64,000 nucleotides of DNA from the human T2T-CHM13v2.0 reference genome, Homo sapiens: assembly GCF_009914755.1 (NCBI RefSeq), contig NC_060938.1. One strand, 5' to 3'. How positions within the stretch are numbered: the first letter of the stretch is position 1; every line of letters begins with the position of its first letter. The notes under the pieces were generated by a model that searched no databases, was not told the DNA's origin, and saw only the letters and a program-made list of their open reading frames with translations. Positions 60,385 through 64,000 of the stretch are shown one piece after another. The position numbers and the translations under genes were made by a program.

Positions 60385-62245
60385 ATAAATAAATAAACAA
60401 ATAAATAAATAAATAAATAAATAAAATACCTAAGAATAAATTTAACCAAGAGGTGAAAGATCTGTATACTGAAAACTATAAAACATTAATAAAAAAGTTG
60501 AAGACACAAATAAATGGAAAAACAGTCCATGTTTACAGATTGGAAGAATTCATATTGCTAAAACGTCTGTGATATCAAAGCGATCAACAGATTCAATGAA
60601 ATCTCTTATCAAAACACCATAACATTTTTCACAGAAACAGAAAAAACAAACCTAAAATTTATATGGAACCACAAAACCCAAATAGCCAAAGCAATTTGAT
60701 CAAAAAGAATAAAGCTGGAGGCATCATACTATAACTTCAAAATATACTACAAAGCTATAGTAACCAAAACAGCATGGTACAACATAACAACAGACACACC
60801 AACCATGAAACAGAAAAGAGAACCTAGAAATAAATCCATGCACTTACAGCCAATTGATTCTTAACAAAGATTCCAAGAACACACAATGGGAAATGAACAG
60901 TCTCTTCAACAAACTGGATATCCACATACAGAAGAGTAAACTTAGACCCTTCTCACCATATGCAAAAACCAACTCACAATATAGTAAATATATTAAAGAC
61001 TTAAATGTAAGACCAAAACTATGAAGTTCTAGAAAAAAACATATGGGAAAACTCCATGACATTGATCTAGACACAATCTTTTTGTATATGACCTCAAAAG
61101 CACAGGTTAGAACAGCAAAAATAGACAACTGGGATTACATCAAACTAAAAATCTTCTGCATGGCAAAGGAAATAATCAACAGAATGAAAAGACAACCTAC
61201 AGAATGTGAGAAAATATTTGCAAACTATAAATATGATAAGGGATTATATCCAAAAAATATATAAGGAACTTAAAAAGCTCAATAGCAAGAAATAATCCAA
61301 TTTTTAAAATGGGCAAAAGACCTAAATAGACATTTCTCAAAAGACATACAAATGGATGATAGTTATATGAAAAAAATGTTCAACTTCAGTAATGATCAGT
61401 GAAATGCAAATCAAAACCACAAGAGATATCACCTTATTCCTGTTAAAATGGTTACTATTAAAACAGCAAAAGATGACAAGTGTTAGCAAGAATGTAGAGA
61501 AAAAGGAAACCCTTACACACTGTTGGTGGAAATGCAGATTAGTATAGCCATTATAAAAATTTAAAGTAGAACTACCATAGGATGCATCAATGCCACTACT
61601 GGGTATATATCCAAAGAAAATGAAATTAGTCTTTGAAGAGATTATATATATTTATGTTTATTGTAACACTATTCACAAAAGCCAAGAAATGGAATCAACC
61701 TAAGTGTCCATCAATAGATGAATGGATAAAGAAAATGTGTCATATATGCAAAATGTGATAGTATTTAGCCATAAAAAAGAAAGAAATCCTGTCATTTGTG
61801 ACAATATGGATGAACCTAGAGGACACTGTGTTAAATAAAACAAGCCAGACACAATTAGATACATACTACGTGATCTCACTCATATGTGGAACCTAAAAAA
61901 GTTGATCTCATAAAAGTAGACAGTAGAATGGTGGTTACCAGAGGCTGGGGTGGATAGGAAGATACTGGTCAAAGTATGTATATTTATAGTTAGATAGGAG
62001 GAATAAGATCAAGAGATCTATTACACAGCATGGTGACTATAGTTAATGATGATAAATTGTATTCTTTAAAAATGCTGAGAATGGATATTATGTATTCTCA
62101 CCATAAAATGATAACTATGTGAGGTAATGTATTTATTTGTTAATTAACTGTATTTAACCACTGTGCAAGGTATATATGCTGTGTTGTATAGGATAGATAT
62201 AATTTTAATGTAAATTTAAAATAAATAAATAAAACAAATAAACTT
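60385..62245 (+). mobile_element. L1MA-type (MA4-6) 3' half
   Basis: ORF2 remnant (61043-61264). 3'UTR gttagataggaggaataag..caagagatctatt...ggtgactatagttaatg plus A-rich tail. Confidence 0.85.
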
Positions 62246-62689
62246 TTTTTTAAGGAAACACACAAATAAAGTCAGGTTTATTCAATTTGATACAACAAGG
62301 GAGAATACATCCTGGAAGAACCTTAGGAGAATTTCAGGAAAGGGATTTGAGGGTATGTTTGGGTATAAGTTGGATTATTCTAAAAAAGGATTAGGAGAGT
62401 GGGGAAGATTTCTGAATTAGAGACTGTTAAAAAGAAGCAGGAGCTAGGGATTCAGTATTTGGATATGTCAGAATTTCTTTGTTCACAAGGTGGGAGGAAC
62501 CAAGCAGCACTAGGCTATCAATGGCACCAGGATAACAATAACTTAGAAAAAAAAATTGCCACCCATTATTACAGTTGTACTCTGACCTTGTATAGAAAAG
62601 GTGCCTACTTTCCTTGCCATGTGGTAATAGAAATATTAGTTACAGTTGGTTAGCAGAATTGCTGATTTTCAGTCTCTGAAAATTACTGA

Positions 62690-63890
62690 GTTAGAATATA
62701 GCTTAAAAGAATTCACTCAGAATTTAGGTCAAAAAGTCATAGATAAATATATAAATATATATATTATAAACTCACAAAAAAGAGATGAAGGAGCTTGCTC
62801 AAGAATCTCCAAAAAACGAGTGAGAAGCTATATTTAAAGGGACTGGAGCTTTTGCCAGAGAATTTTCCAGAATTGAATAAAATATTATTCCTTAGATTCA
62901 CTTCAGAAATGAGTAATAGTAAAAAACAAAAACTGTAGACATTAATAACAAGATGGTAAAGGAATGTCCATGTAACATTAAAGAGCGAAAAGTTTCTTTT
63001 CATGTCTTGGAAAATAAAAACATAATATACATATGAAAAATTAAGGTAACCACAATACAACAGTAAAATATATAACATATACAATAATATAACACTATAT
63101 CTCCCAATTCCACAGATGAAAATTGACGAAATATTTTAAAAATTATCCTTCAAAGAGAAAACAAGCAAAGAGAAAAACAAAAGGAAAGAAAATTATAAGT
63201 AGTATGATTAAGATGGTAGGAATATTTGCAAATGTATTAGTGATCATGATATATGTTAATTTGCAGGGTAGAAAACAGAATATCCAAATGGACTTTAAAA
63301 AATATATCTCAACAATTCTTTTTTTAAAAAAAATCACACAGACAAGTTAAAATCACATGGATATCAAGTCACATCAAGAAAGTACTAACCAAAGCAAAGC
63401 TGTATTAATAGCAGACAAATTAGAATTCTTGGTAAAAATCAATAATAGTGATGGGGAAAAATCCACCAAGATAGTTTGATTATCAGAAATTTAGATGCAC
63501 TTACTGATTTAAAGTTAAAATATATAATGCAAAAATTGACGTAATTGCAAAGAGTAGTTAGCAAATCTGCAATTAGTAGGGGACTACACTCTTCTTGTAA
63601 CACTCTTCTCTCAGAAACCAGTCTATGAAGATGACAAAAATTAGTAAGTACAGTAAATTTAAATAATACAATTAACAAGATTAATCCAATAGAAATGTTA
63701 ATAGAACTTGCATCCAGTAAATAAAATATACATTATTTGCAGGTATTCATGAAATATTTACTAACAACTAAGGTTTAACAAATTCCAACAATTATAGACT
63801 ACATTCTGTAACCATAATTTGATTAAGTTCAATTAACAATGAAAATAGCATTTTACTAAAACAAACAAAAAGTTTGGAAACTTTAAGGTG
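62690..63890 (+). mobile_element. Very old L1M ORF1/ORF2-start fragments
   Basis: gagaattttccagaattga, tactaaccaaagcaaagctg...atagcagacaaattaga, attctgtaaccataatttgattaag. Confidence 0.5.
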
Positions 63891-64000
63891 CATTCAGGAA
63901 GGCTATCTAGTTTAAGATAAACTGCACTAAACAAATCATTTCTTACCCATCTGTTTTAGTTTACCAATGTGTGTAATTAATAAACTGGACAATTAGAAGA

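Overview
AT-rich primate genomic DNA, most likely human (L1PA3 and a near-consensus AluY are present). It is intergenic or deep intronic, and roughly two-thirds of it is transposon fossils by my manual annotation. I find no host protein-coding gene, RNA gene or CRISPR array. All long ORFs are broken LINE-1 ORF1/ORF2. The centre (23.6-41.6 kb) is a nested stack: an old L1MA-type element carrying a 5'-truncated L1PA3, an AluY, Tigger3b, MER1B, an AluS and a full-length L1PA6. I found no new biological system. The notable signals are sequence scars: (1) a 13-bp Alu end between its target-site repeats, probably a deleted Alu; (2) two inverted L1PA3 copies sharing unusual variants; (3) twin-priming micro-inversions and a 10-nt 3' transduction; (4) many locally templated or fold-back insertions, including a 160-bp copy-paste and a 29-bp hairpin junction; (5) a ~130-bp AT palindrome; (6) an ancient CR1 ORF2 remnant that is still readable as protein. 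Repeat subfamily names come from my recall of consensus sequences, not from a database search. Boundaries of old repeats are approximate.
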